Positions 44,515-53,352 of a stretch of DNA of 64,000 bases are shown here, piece by piece. How positions within the stretch are numbered: the stretch's first letter is position 1; each line of letters begins with the position of its first letter. A program made the translations under genes and the position numbers. Origin of the DNA: Myxococcota bacterium (GTDB lineage: Bacteria > Myxococcota_A > UBA796 > CAJQPC01); assembly GCA_036012755.1 (NCBI GenBank), contig DASCPX010000070.1:1-64000 (forward strand), written 5' to 3'. The notes beneath the pieces are model-generated. The model was not told where the DNA came from. It saw only the letters and a list, made by a program, of their open reading frames with translations, and did no database searches.

Positions 44515-47004
44515 TCAGAACCGGTACTGGACGGAGCCGTGGTAGCGGGAGCCGATGGGCTGCCCGAGGGGATGCTGGACCGTGTCGCCTTGGATGTCCG
44601 CGAGCCAGTTCCAGGCGTTCAGGGACAGATCCATGCGCTCCTCGCCGAGGGGCACGTGCCACACGAGCTTGTTCGACAGCACGATGCGACCCGGGCTGTC
44701 GGTGTCGACCGAGATGAACCGGCCCTCTTCGTCGAAGCCGCGGATCGGCCAGACCTGCCGGTCGACCCAGTTCGCCTGCATGCCGATGTCGAGGGTCCAC
44801 GGGCTGCGCCAGGCCACCCCGGCGTTGACCTTGTGGCGCGGGGTGGCGCGCAGGACGGTCTTCTCCTGGCCGACCTCGGCGATGCGCTCGTAGGCGTAGT
44901 TGGCGTAGGCGTCGACTCCCTCGATGCCGAAGTACTCGGCGCTGGCCTCGGCACCCACTGCCCGGAAGATCTCCCCCTCGTTGGCGAAGCTGGCCTGGCC
45001 CGCGACGTAGGCGCCGATGTCTTCGTCGAAGCCCCCCGCCGGCGCGGTAGAGGAGTCGAGGTCTGTGAGGTCGATGAGGTTGTCGACCTGGAAGCCATAG
45101 ACGGCCAGCTCGGCGCGGAAGACATCGGTGGAGTGGTCGAGGTAGCCGATCTCGAGCGACGCGATGCGCTCGGGTGCGAGCTCTGGATCGCCGACGGTGT
45201 TGACGCGGACGCCGTCGATGCCGCTGTCCAGGTAGAGGTTCGAGTAGGACTCCATGAAGGTCGGGGTCCGGAAGGCGGTGCCGGCGTTCACACGCACCGC
45301 GCGGCCCTCGCCCACCCTCGTGACCACCGACAGGCGCGGTGAGGGGATCGGGTTGGCGATCAGGGGGTGCTTGTCCACCCGGACGGCGCCGGAGAGCAGC
45401 ACCGGCCCGAAGCGCGACTCGTCCTGGATGAAGCCCGAGAAGTGATGCTGGACGTGGTCCGCGTCGAGGAAGCCCCAGACGATGCTCTTGTAGCGGTAGT
45501 TCACGCCGACGAGCAGCGTGTGGCGGTCATCTGCTCCGAAGTGGAAGTTGCCGTCCGCGGTCGCGTCGAAGACGTCGGAGAGCAGCTGCGAGGTGAGCGC
45601 GTAGCCCTCGGTCGGGTGGTACCAGCTGCCGGTGTCACCGTTGAGGCGGTTGTAGAAGGCGCGCACATGCAGCGGCCCGTAGCCGGCGTCGCCGCGCACA
45701 TAGCTGTTGCGCTGGTCCAGGTAGAAGTCGCGGAGCGCGCCGAGGCTCATGAACTCGATGAGGCCCACGGCCGAGCCACCGGAGACCGAGACGAAGCCCC
45801 TGTCCCCGACTCGCCAGTCGACCTGCCCGTTGGCCTTGGTCATCTCCAGCGCCGTGTCCTGGTCCTCGACGTCCGAGTAGAGGTCCGGACGGGTCGACAG
45901 GTCGACCGGCTGGGCCCAGCGGCCGTAGGTCGTGTAGCCGGCGGAGACGCGCCACCCCATGTTGTCCTGCCTGCCGCTCATCATGGCCGAGCCGTCGGCG
46001 TAGCCCCCCGTGCCGCCGCCGACGCGCAGCACGTTGTCGTTGGCGGGATCGCCAGGGGTCTTCGTGATGATGTTGACGACGCCGGCGAAGGCGTTGGCGC
46101 CGTAGATCGCCGAGCCGGGACCGCGGATGACCTCGATGCGGTCGATCTCGGCGAGGGTGATCGGAAGGGCCTCCCACAGGGTCGCGCCGATGAAGTCGAG
46201 GTAGACGCTGCGCCCGTCGACGAGGACGAGGAGCTTGTTGGACAGGCGCTTGTTGAAGCCACGCACCGACAGGTCGGACTGCCCGGCGGTCAGCGACAAG
46301 GCGTCCACGCCGGGGATCCGCGCGAGCAGCTCCGGCACGGACGTCGCCGAGCTCATCGCGATGTCCTCTGCCGTGAGGATCGTGATCGCGGCGGGTGCCT
46401 CCAGCGGGTCCTGGCCGTAGCGTGACGCCGTGACGACCACCCGGGCATAGAGGTCCTCGACCAGCGCGCCCTCCAGGGCGAGGGACTCGGGCTCGACGGT
46501 GGTGGGCTCCTCGATCTCGACCGCGACCACCTCGCCTGCTGCCTGCTCTCGTGCCGCCAGCTTCTCGGCGAGGGCCTGGAGCTCCTCTGCGTGGCGCCGC
46601 AGCTCGGCGAGCTCGTCCGCTGTCGCGACCGGGCCGGTGGAGGTGGTCTCGGGGACCTCGACCGGTGCCAGTGCGGCCATGCGGGTCCGCAGGGTCGCGA
46701 TGAAGCCCTCGACCGCTGCGCGGTCGATCGGCTCTGTGGCCAGGTAGAGCTCGAAGGTCTGGATCGCTTCTTCGTAGTGTCCCGCGTCGGCGTAGGCGCG
46801 GGCGATGTTGTAGAGCACGGCTGGGTGGGGGACGAGGTCGTAGGCCTTCTCGAACTTCTCGATGCCGCCGATGTAGTCACCGGTGGCGATGAGCTCGAGG
46901 CCCTCGTTGAAGGCTCGTCGCGCCTCGTCCTTCGGGGCCGCGAGGGCAGTCGAGGACCAGAGCAGGGACAGTCCCAGCAGGCAGCGCGAAAAGGAGTTCT
47001 TCAT
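44515..47004 (-). CDS. TonB-dependent receptor with an N-terminal TPR domain
   Basis: VLYNIARAY TPR; VVTASR plug start; IDRIEVIRGPGSAIYGANAFAGVVNIITK; terminal YRF. Confidence 0.92.
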   Translation of the reverse strand: MKNSFSRCLLGLSLLWSSTALAAPKDEARRAFNEGLELIATGDYIGGIEKFEKAYDLVPHPAVLYNIARAYADAGHYEEAIQTFELYLATEPIDRAAVEGFIATLRTRMAALAPVEVPETTSTGPVATADELAELRRHAEELQALAEKLAAREQAAGEVVAVEIEEPTTVEPESLALEGALVEDLYARVVVTASRYGQDPLEAPAAITILTAEDIAMSSATSVPELLARIPGVDALSLTAGQSDLSVRGFNKRLSNKLLVLVDGRSVYLDFIGATLWEALPITLAEIDRIEVIRGPGSAIYGANAFAGVVNIITKTPGDPANDNVLRVGGGTGGYADGSAMMSGRQDNMGWRVSAGYTTYGRWAQPVDLSTRPDLYSDVEDQDTALEMTKANGQVDWRVGDRGFVSVSGGSAVGLIEFMSLGALRDFYLDQRNSYVRGDAGYGPLHVRAFYNRLNGDTGSWYHPTEGYALTSQLLSDVFDATADGNFHFGADDRHTLLVGVNYRYKSIVWGFLDADHVQHHFSGFIQDESRFGPVLLSGAVRVDKHPLIANPIPSPRLSVVTRVGEGRAVRVNAGTAFRTPTFMESYSNLYLDSGIDGVRVNTVGDPELAPERIASLEIGYLDHSTDVFRAELAVYGFQVDNLIDLTDLDSSTAPAGGFDEDIGAYVAGQASFANEGEIFRAVGAEASAEYFGIEGVDAYANYAYERIAEVGQEKTVLRATPRHKVNAGVAWRSPWTLDIGMQANWVDRQVWPIRGFDEEGRFISVDTDSPGRIVLSNKLVWHVPLGEERMDLSLNAWNWLADIQGDTVQHPLGQPIGSRYHGSVQYRF

Positions 47005-47022
47005 GGCCTCAGCAGCAGCAGA

Positions 47023-48576
47023 TCAGTCGTCGAAGGGGTTGGCCTTGTACCCGGCGGGAGCTTCTTTGGTCTCGGATTCGGTCGTCGTCTCGGGTTCGCT
47101 CCCGGAGCCAGCGTCCTCCGTCTCGGTGGCGACGACCTCGACGGTCGGGGTCGTCTTGACGGGGACAGGTCGTCTCGGCTCGGGCTCGAAGTCGAGATCG
47201 GGGTCTGGCGGGAGCTCGAGGACCGCCGGCGCTTCGAGTCGCTCCAGCGTCGCGTCGATCTCGAGCTCGCTGGAGGTCGAGAGGTCACGCTCGATGCGCG
47301 CCGAGACATAGCCGGGCAGGCTGAACTCGAAGCTGCGCAGGTCGGGCGACGCCGTCGACTCCAGGGTCAGGTTCATCGGCGTGTGGCCGAGGACCCGCTC
47401 CTGGCTGCGGACCTCGGCCCCCAGCGGTGTCGAGCGCAGGCTCAGCTCCACGCTGCGCGCCGCGGGGGTGGTCGTCCGGGTGGTCGCCGTCTCGGTGTCT
47501 TCGCCCATGAGCAGGGCGCCGCCGACGATGAGGGCTGCGAGAAGGACAGCAGCGGCGATGAGCAGGGGCCGCTTCTGCGATGGCCGTGGCTCTACGATCG
47601 TGGAGAGCGCCGTGAGGTCCTCTGGTGGGATCTCGCCGCAGGCTGCGAGGCCCTTGATGACGCTGCCCATGTCCGAGAAACGGCCGCTCGGGTCCTTTGC
47701 CAGGCAGCACTCGATGAGCCTCTCGAGGCCCTCTGGCAGCTCCAGGTCCGGGTAGCGCTCGGTGAGGCGCGGGATCGGCTCGTTGACGTGGGCGAGCATG
47801 GTCGACGTGGTCGTCTGGCCGTGGAAGGGGTACTCGCCGGCGATGCAGCGGTAGAGCAGGACGCCCAGGGCGTAGATGTCAGCGCGCTCGTCGAGGTCGG
47901 CCCCCTGGACCTGCTCAGGGGCCATGCAGTGCGGGCTGCCGAGGATCATGCCGGTGACCGTGATCGACTGGTCGCCCTCTGTGAGCTTGGCGAGGCCGAA
48001 GTCGACGACCTTGATGTGGTCAGCGCCATCCTCTTGCGCGATCAGCAGGTTGCCAGGCTTGAGATCGCGGTGCACCACCCCGTGGCGATGGGCGTGCTTG
48101 AGCGCCCGTGCGACCTGGATCATCAAGGTGATCGTGCGCATCGGCGCCAGCGGCCCCTCCGCCTGGAGCAGGCGGGACAGGGTGCGCCCGCGGACGTACT
48201 CCATGACCAGGTAGTAGGTGCCGTCCTGGGTCTGCCCGTAGTCGTGCAGCGTGACGGTATGGGGGTGGCTCAGGCGGGCGAGGGTCGAGGCCTCGAGGAA
48301 GAAGCGCCGCTCGAAGCTCGCTGAGTCGTTGGAGTTGGGCGGCTCCAGCAGGATCTTGATCGCCACGCGACGCCCCAGCGGAACCTGCTCCGCCTCATAC
48401 ACCGACCCCATGCCGCCTTTCGCGATGCGACGAAGGACGCGGTAGCGGCCCGCCAGCTCCCTTCCGACGAGGGGGTCCTGCTTGGGGGTGCGCTCGGTGC
48501 GCTTCTCCTGAATGTGTCGGTCTCCAGCCTGAGAATCGGAACGGGCATCGCTGATATGCGACGGTAATCGTAGCAC
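47023..48576 (-). CDS. Membrane Ser/Thr protein kinase with a PEGA-like extracytoplasmic domain
   Basis: AKGGMGSVY, VAIK, HRDLKPGN, DFG and MAPE; TM helix; STPLGAEV..LGHTP; C-terminal YKANPF. Confidence 0.92.
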   Translation of the reverse strand: MLRLPSHISDARSDSQAGDRHIQEKRTERTPKQDPLVGRELAGRYRVLRRIAKGGMGSVYEAEQVPLGRRVAIKILLEPPNSNDSASFERRFFLEASTLARLSHPHTVTLHDYGQTQDGTYYLVMEYVRGRTLSRLLQAEGPLAPMRTITLMIQVARALKHAHRHGVVHRDLKPGNLLIAQEDGADHIKVVDFGLAKLTEGDQSITVTGMILGSPHCMAPEQVQGADLDERADIYALGVLLYRCIAGEYPFHGQTTTSTMLAHVNEPIPRLTERYPDLELPEGLERLIECCLAKDPSGRFSDMGSVIKGLAACGEIPPEDLTALSTIVEPRPSQKRPLLIAAAVLLAALIVGGALLMGEDTETATTRTTTPAARSVELSLRSTPLGAEVRSQERVLGHTPMNLTLESTASPDLRSFEFSLPGYVSARIERDLSTSSELEIDATLERLEAPAVLELPPDPDLDFEPEPRRPVPVKTTPTVEVVATETEDAGSGSEPETTTESETKEAPAGYKANPFDD

Positions 48577-48681
48577 TTGGAACCAGCGTCAGCGGCGAGG
48601 GCCGCGGTATCGACGGCGGCAGCGGGAGCGGGAGCGGCCAACGTCAGCTCCTCGAGCACGCCAGCGGCTCCCGCTAATCGC

Positions 48682-49700
48682 TCACCGCCTCCGCAGGACG
48701 TCCAGCGCGATGTCCCCCTGCGAAAAGGCCATGTCGAGCACGTGGGACGCGTTGTTCCCCGTGAGCGCCCCCGAGTCCCACGGCACCGGGTTGTCGCGGT
48801 CGTCCTCCCCACGCCAGGCCACCTCGAGGGCCGCGGGGGAGCCCGTGCACCCAGCCGTGTAGGCCTCGCGGTAGACCACGAACTCGGCGTCGGTCTGAGG
48901 GTGGGCGTAGAAGTCGTCGTTGTGGAACATCGAGGCCGCCAGGACCTCGTCGGCCTTGGGCTCCACGCAGACCATCTCGTCTCCCTCCAGGAAGGCCTGC
49001 CCGGGGCTGTCGTGGCCGGAGAGGAAGGTCTTGAAGGCCACGATGCAGCCGCGCTCGTCCTCGCTCGTGCAGACCGGCACCTCCTCGCTCGAGCCCCCGG
49101 TGGTCGAGCCGCTCGCCACGCCGATGCCCCAGCCGATGGGGTAGGCGGCGACCAGCCGCTCGCGCAAGGCGGGATCCTCGTCGAAGCGCTCGCTCAACAG
49201 CCTGGAGGTGATCTGTGCTCCCTGGCTGTGACCGACGAGGACGAAGTCCCCGTCGACCTCTGAGAGGAAATGGTCGAAGGCGGCCTCGACGTCCGCGTAG
49301 GCAGCGTCGAAGCAGGGCTCTGCCTTTCTCTCCTTCTTGAGGTAGGTGCCGAAGGTCACCTGTCTGTATGCCGGAGCCCAGACGCGACAGACCTCTGAGA
49401 GCCTGGCCGCTTGTGCCTGGACCGCCGTGGTCTCGTCTTCGAGGTCCTCGATGTCGGCCAGGCCACGAGCGAGCCGCAGGTCCATCGTCGGGTAGACGTA
49501 GAAGCAGTCCGTTTCGGGCTCCGCGGGGACCTGAGCTCCAGGTCGACCACGCTCCCGTCCGCGAGCACCTCCGCCATCGAGAGCTCGGAGGTGCAGACCT
49601 CGTCGTGACCGGGGCGGCAGAGCCAGCTGTCGTCCTTTGCGTAGTCGACGTCGGTTCGTGTGCGGCAGGGGTTTCCAGAGGACAGCAGGAGCAACATCAT
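48682..49700 (-). pseudogene. DUF3089-like alpha/beta hydrolase, frameshifted near 49535
   Basis: N-terminus MMLLLLS...WLCRPGHDEVC is in one frame; DCFYVYPT, APAYRQ and LVGHSQG are in another. Confidence 0.75.
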
Positions 49701-50698
49701 GCCGAGGCGGCCTCCCTCGAGTCGGCGACGATCTTCCGGAGGCTGATGCCCTCCTTGAAGAGGTAGCTGCCACCTAGCCCGACGATGAAGAGGAACTGTG
49801 TCAGGTGAAAGACCAGCGCAAAGGTCGTGGCGACCTCGCGGTCCACCCCCCAGAGGAGCAGGGACGCGGTACAGAATGCCTCGTAGCTGCCGAAGAAACC
49901 GGGCGTCGGGGCCACGGTCATGCCCGTGATCGTGATGGTCCAGGTCGTCATGGCGGTGTCCCAGCGCGCAGGCAGGTCCTCGAAGCCGAGCATCACGAAC
50001 CACGTCCCGATACAGATTCCGGTCCACATCAATGCGCTCATCGCCAGGGTGGCCGCGGCCTGCAACGGACGCCGGACCAGCGAGACGAGCCCACCGTGGA
50101 AGGCCCGCATCAGCCCCTCGATGCGAGCCGCCGGGACCAGGCGCGCGACGAGTCGGATGAGGGGCTCTCCGACCACCAGGAGCAGGACCAGGCCCGCGAG
50201 GCCAACGGCGATGAGGGTGCCGACGACGCGCTGGCCGACCGCGAAGACGTCGATGCCCTCTACGACCACTCCCTGTGCGGGCAGATCGACGAAGAAGCCC
50301 ACCGCCAGCAGCAGGCCCATCAGGCACAACAGGTCGAGGAGACGCTCGACGAAGATGGCAGCCAGGGACTGGCCGAAGGGCACCTCGTCGCGCTCGAGCA
50401 GCATGTAGGGGCGGACGAACTCGCCCAGCCTCAGCGGGACCACGTTGATGGCGAGGAAGCCCACCGCGGTGACGGCGAACATCTCCGAGAACGGGATGTC
50501 CGGACGGTCCAGCAGGATCCGCAGGCGCAGGCTGCGGATGCAGTGGCTGAAGAGGTAGACGCCGAAGACCGGGACCACGTAGATCCACTGGGCGTCCGAC
50601 AGCGAGACCTGCATCTCGGACCACTCGATGCCCCAGAGCACCCAGAGCAGGCAGGCCGCCGTGACGAGGAGGACGATCCCGAGCTTCAGCGCCTTCAA
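49697..50698 (-). CDS. Lysylphosphatidylglycerol-synthase-TM / UPF0104 flippase-like membrane protein
   Basis: NVVPLRLGEFVR, VERLLD and PTPGFFGSYE; multiple TM helices. Confidence 0.88.
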   Translation of the reverse strand: MKALKLGIVLLVTAACLLWVLWGIEWSEMQVSLSDAQWIYVVPVFGVYLFSHCIRSLRLRILLDRPDIPFSEMFAVTAVGFLAINVVPLRLGEFVRPYMLLERDEVPFGQSLAAIFVERLLDLLCLMGLLLAVGFFVDLPAQGVVVEGIDVFAVGQRVVGTLIAVGLAGLVLLLVVGEPLIRLVARLVPAARIEGLMRAFHGGLVSLVRRPLQAAATLAMSALMWTGICIGTWFVMLGFEDLPARWDTAMTTWTITITGMTVAPTPGFFGSYEAFCTASLLLWGVDREVATTFALVFHLTQFLFIVGLGGSYLFKEGISLRKIVADSREAASA

Positions 50699-50706
50699 GC
50701 CACCAC

Positions 50707-51684
50707 TCAGTCGACCAACTCGATCGCCAGGACCTGGATGTTGAGGCCGAGCTCGGAGCTCACGTTCGCGACCTCGTCGCTCCCGTCGGCGATCGCGCCG
50801 CCCTGGATCAAGATGCCGGACTCGTCGACCTCGAGGCCGGAGCCGGACAGCGTGTTGCCCTCAAGGGTCGCCGCCACACCGTCGAGCAGCACACCGGCTC
50901 GCGCGGAGTCGGTGACGGTGCTGTCGCTCATGGTGAAGGAGAAGGTCTCCGGTGCGGAGCCGCTGTCCCTGCCGGTCACGACGAGGCCGTCCCCGGTCTC
51001 GTCTCCCTCCTCCGTCAGGCCGGTGGAGGTCGTGTCGATGTGGAGGTTGTCCACGACCACCTGGCCGCCCTGGACGGCGAGGCCGTAGCCGATGTCCTCG
51101 TCGGGCACGACTCCGGTCACCTGCACGTCGACCAGCTCGGCGCTCGTCCCGCTGCCGTCGATGATGATCCCTGTGCGCCTCGAGTCCGTGATCGAGACCT
51201 CCTCGACACGCACTTCAGCGCCCCCGCGCACGACGAGCCCCCGGCCGCCTTCCCGCAAGGCGAGGCCGGCGACGGTCATCTCCAGGTCCGAGATCCAGAT
51301 GGTGGCCTCCTCCGTGCTCCCGACGAGCTCGGACTCCGCCCCGCAGCCGCAGAGCGCGAAGCCGTCCAGGTCCCCGGACGAGGTCGAGAACCGCAGCCCT
51401 TCGACGTCGTGGGTGCCGGGCCAGATCATCACCGCGGGGGCGCCCACTTCTCGGGCCAGCTCCAGCGCCGGGGGCAGGCTGCCGAAGGGGGCCTCCATCG
51501 AGCCGTCGCCGACCGCGGAGAGCTCCGCCACGTGGATCACCTCGAGGGGGTCCAGCCGCCCGTCCATCCATCCCCACGTGCCGTCGCATGGTGGCTGGAT
51601 TCCGGCGCCGCCGGAGTCGCTGTCCGTCGGGAGCAGGCTGGAGTCATCCGACGGGCCACACGCGAACAGGACGAGCAAGAGCAT
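50707..51684 (-). CDS. Lipoprotein with right-handed beta-helix repeats
   Basis: MLLLVLFAC; GDGSMEAPFGSL..AL..A; repeated beta-helix strands. Confidence 0.78.
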   Translation of the reverse strand: MLLLVLFACGPSDDSSLLPTDSDSGGAGIQPPCDGTWGWMDGRLDPLEVIHVAELSAVGDGSMEAPFGSLPPALELAREVGAPAVMIWPGTHDVEGLRFSTSSGDLDGFALCGCGAESELVGSTEEATIWISDLEMTVAGLALREGGRGLVVRGGAEVRVEEVSITDSRRTGIIIDGSGTSAELVDVQVTGVVPDEDIGYGLAVQGGQVVVDNLHIDTTSTGLTEEGDETGDGLVVTGRDSGSAPETFSFTMSDSTVTDSARAGVLLDGVAATLEGNTLSGSGLEVDESGILIQGGAIADGSDEVANVSSELGLNIQVLAIELVD

Positions 51685-51693
51685 GGAGGGATC

Positions 51694-53352
51694 TTAGCGG
51701 CCCGGAGAGGCCCTCACCGGGACGTCCAGGGGGGCGTCGGTCCCGACCGGCCGGTGGAGGCCCGCGAGGGGATGGTCCACACCCTCGAGGAAGGCCCCTG
51801 TGGGGAACACCTCGGCCAGCGCGTTCCGCTCGAGGGCATCCAGTGGCCCCACGGCCAGGCCGTAGCCGAAGGCCAGCTCCTCTGGCTCCTCGGCGTCTTC
51901 CAGGGCGCGCGCGAGGCAGTCCCGGCGCTTGCCGCAGCGCGCCAGGAGCGCCGCCCCACCGGCCGAGGCCAGCCAACCTTCCGCAGGCGCCTCGGGTCCG
52001 AGGTGAGCGACGAGGTTCGCCGCCATTCCCCGTCCGATCGCCGCGTCCTCGGGGGGCTCCCAGTCCCCGAAGGGCTCCCTGGCCTCGTGCAGTCCGACGC
52101 CGAAGCGGATCGATGGATCGGAGCTCGTCCCGCCCTCACGAGCGATCGCGATGCCCTCGAGCAGCCGCAGGAGCAGCTCCTCGCGGAGGCCGTCGCCGCG
52201 GGCCTCGTGGAGGTCTTCGAGGTCCAGGCGATGGCTGGCCTCTGCGGCGAAGAAGACGAGCTCGGTGGCTCGTGGCATCGGGGTGGGGTCCGGAGCCCAT
52301 GGTCGCGTCACCAGCGCGGCGATCACCATCGGCAGGGCGAGCAGGCCACGGTGGCGCTCGGCGGTCGCGGCGACGAGCAGCATGAGGCCGAGGACCCAGG
52401 GGCCCCAGTAGCGCCCGTTCATCAAGACTGTGACGCCGGGGTCCTCTGGGAGGGCGACTCCGGAGAGCGCGAACCCGGCGGCGAAGGTCAGGGGCAGCGC
52501 CACGAGGATCGAGCGCCGCGACAGCAGGGCGGACACCAGCCCGCCGATGAGCAGCGGCGCCGCCGCCCAGGCTCCCGAGAGGAAGACGCGCTCACCGACC
52601 ACGACCGGATCGATGAGCTGTATGAGCCGCGACAGCGGGGCGCTGGAGAGCTCGGTGAAGCTGTAGCCGATGGAGTCCCCGCCGGCGCTGGGGATCAGGA
52701 TCCAGCTGACTCCGAGTGCCCACGACACCGCCAGTTTGGCCAGCTCCTTCGGGGAGCGCCGATGGGTCCAGGCGGCGGCGAGCAACAGGGGCAACCCGAA
52801 CACGGCGGTGCGGCAGAAGGCCAGGCCGAAGCCCAGGGCTCCACCGACGAGCCAGCTGCGCCGGGTCGCGTAGCCCCACAGGGCGAGCATCACGAAGAGC
52901 TGCACCTCGTGGTGGTTGCCGAAGATCACGAGCCCCTGGGCGGACAGCGCCGCCGGAGGGGCTGCGTTCAACAGCGCCCATGTGCAGGCGGCCCAGGACC
53001 CGCACATGCGGCGAAGCGCCAGCCAGCCGAAGACCGTCGTAGCGGCGGTCCAGGCGAAGCCCTGGAGCTTCCATGCCCACAGGGTGTCGCCGAAGACCGA
53101 CAGCGGCCCGGCTCCGATGACGCTGACGACCGTGCAGCCGCCGCAGAACTCCTTGTAGCGGAGGTCCAGGAGCGCCCCGCCGAGGTCGCCGTGCACGAGC
53201 ATCCAGGCGACCGTGGCGTTCCAGGCCTCCTCCACCTCGGAGAGGGAGGCCGGATCGATGAAGAGCCAGTGCGCGTCGAGCAGGATCCGCACCGCCAGCG
53301 CCGCGGCGAGGACGGCGAGGTCCCGTTTCTCAGTCCAGGCGAGAGAGCGCAA
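51694..53352 (-). CDS. Polytopic membrane protein, GT-C glycosyltransferase-like
   Basis: Acidic EEAWN loop after TM1, FCGGC, GNHHE, about 10 TM segments; start approximate. Confidence 0.6.
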   Translation of the reverse strand: MRSLAWTEKRDLAVLAAALAVRILLDAHWLFIDPASLSEVEEAWNATVAWMLVHGDLGGALLDLRYKEFCGGCTVVSVIGAGPLSVFGDTLWAWKLQGFAWTAATTVFGWLALRRMCGSWAACTWALLNAAPPAALSAQGLVIFGNHHEVQLFVMLALWGYATRRSWLVGGALGFGLAFCRTAVFGLPLLLAAAWTHRRSPKELAKLAVSWALGVSWILIPSAGGDSIGYSFTELSSAPLSRLIQLIDPVVVGERVFLSGAWAAAPLLIGGLVSALLSRRSILVALPLTFAAGFALSGVALPEDPGVTVLMNGRYWGPWVLGLMLLVAATAERHRGLLALPMVIAALVTRPWAPDPTPMPRATELVFFAAEASHRLDLEDLHEARGDGLREELLLRLLEGIAIAREGGTSSDPSIRFGVGLHEAREPFGDWEPPEDAAIGRGMAANLVAHLGPEAPAEGWLASAGGAALLARCGKRRDCLARALEDAEEPEELAFGYGLAVGPLDALERNALAEVFPTGAFLEGVDHPLAGLHRPVGTDAPLDVPVRASPGR

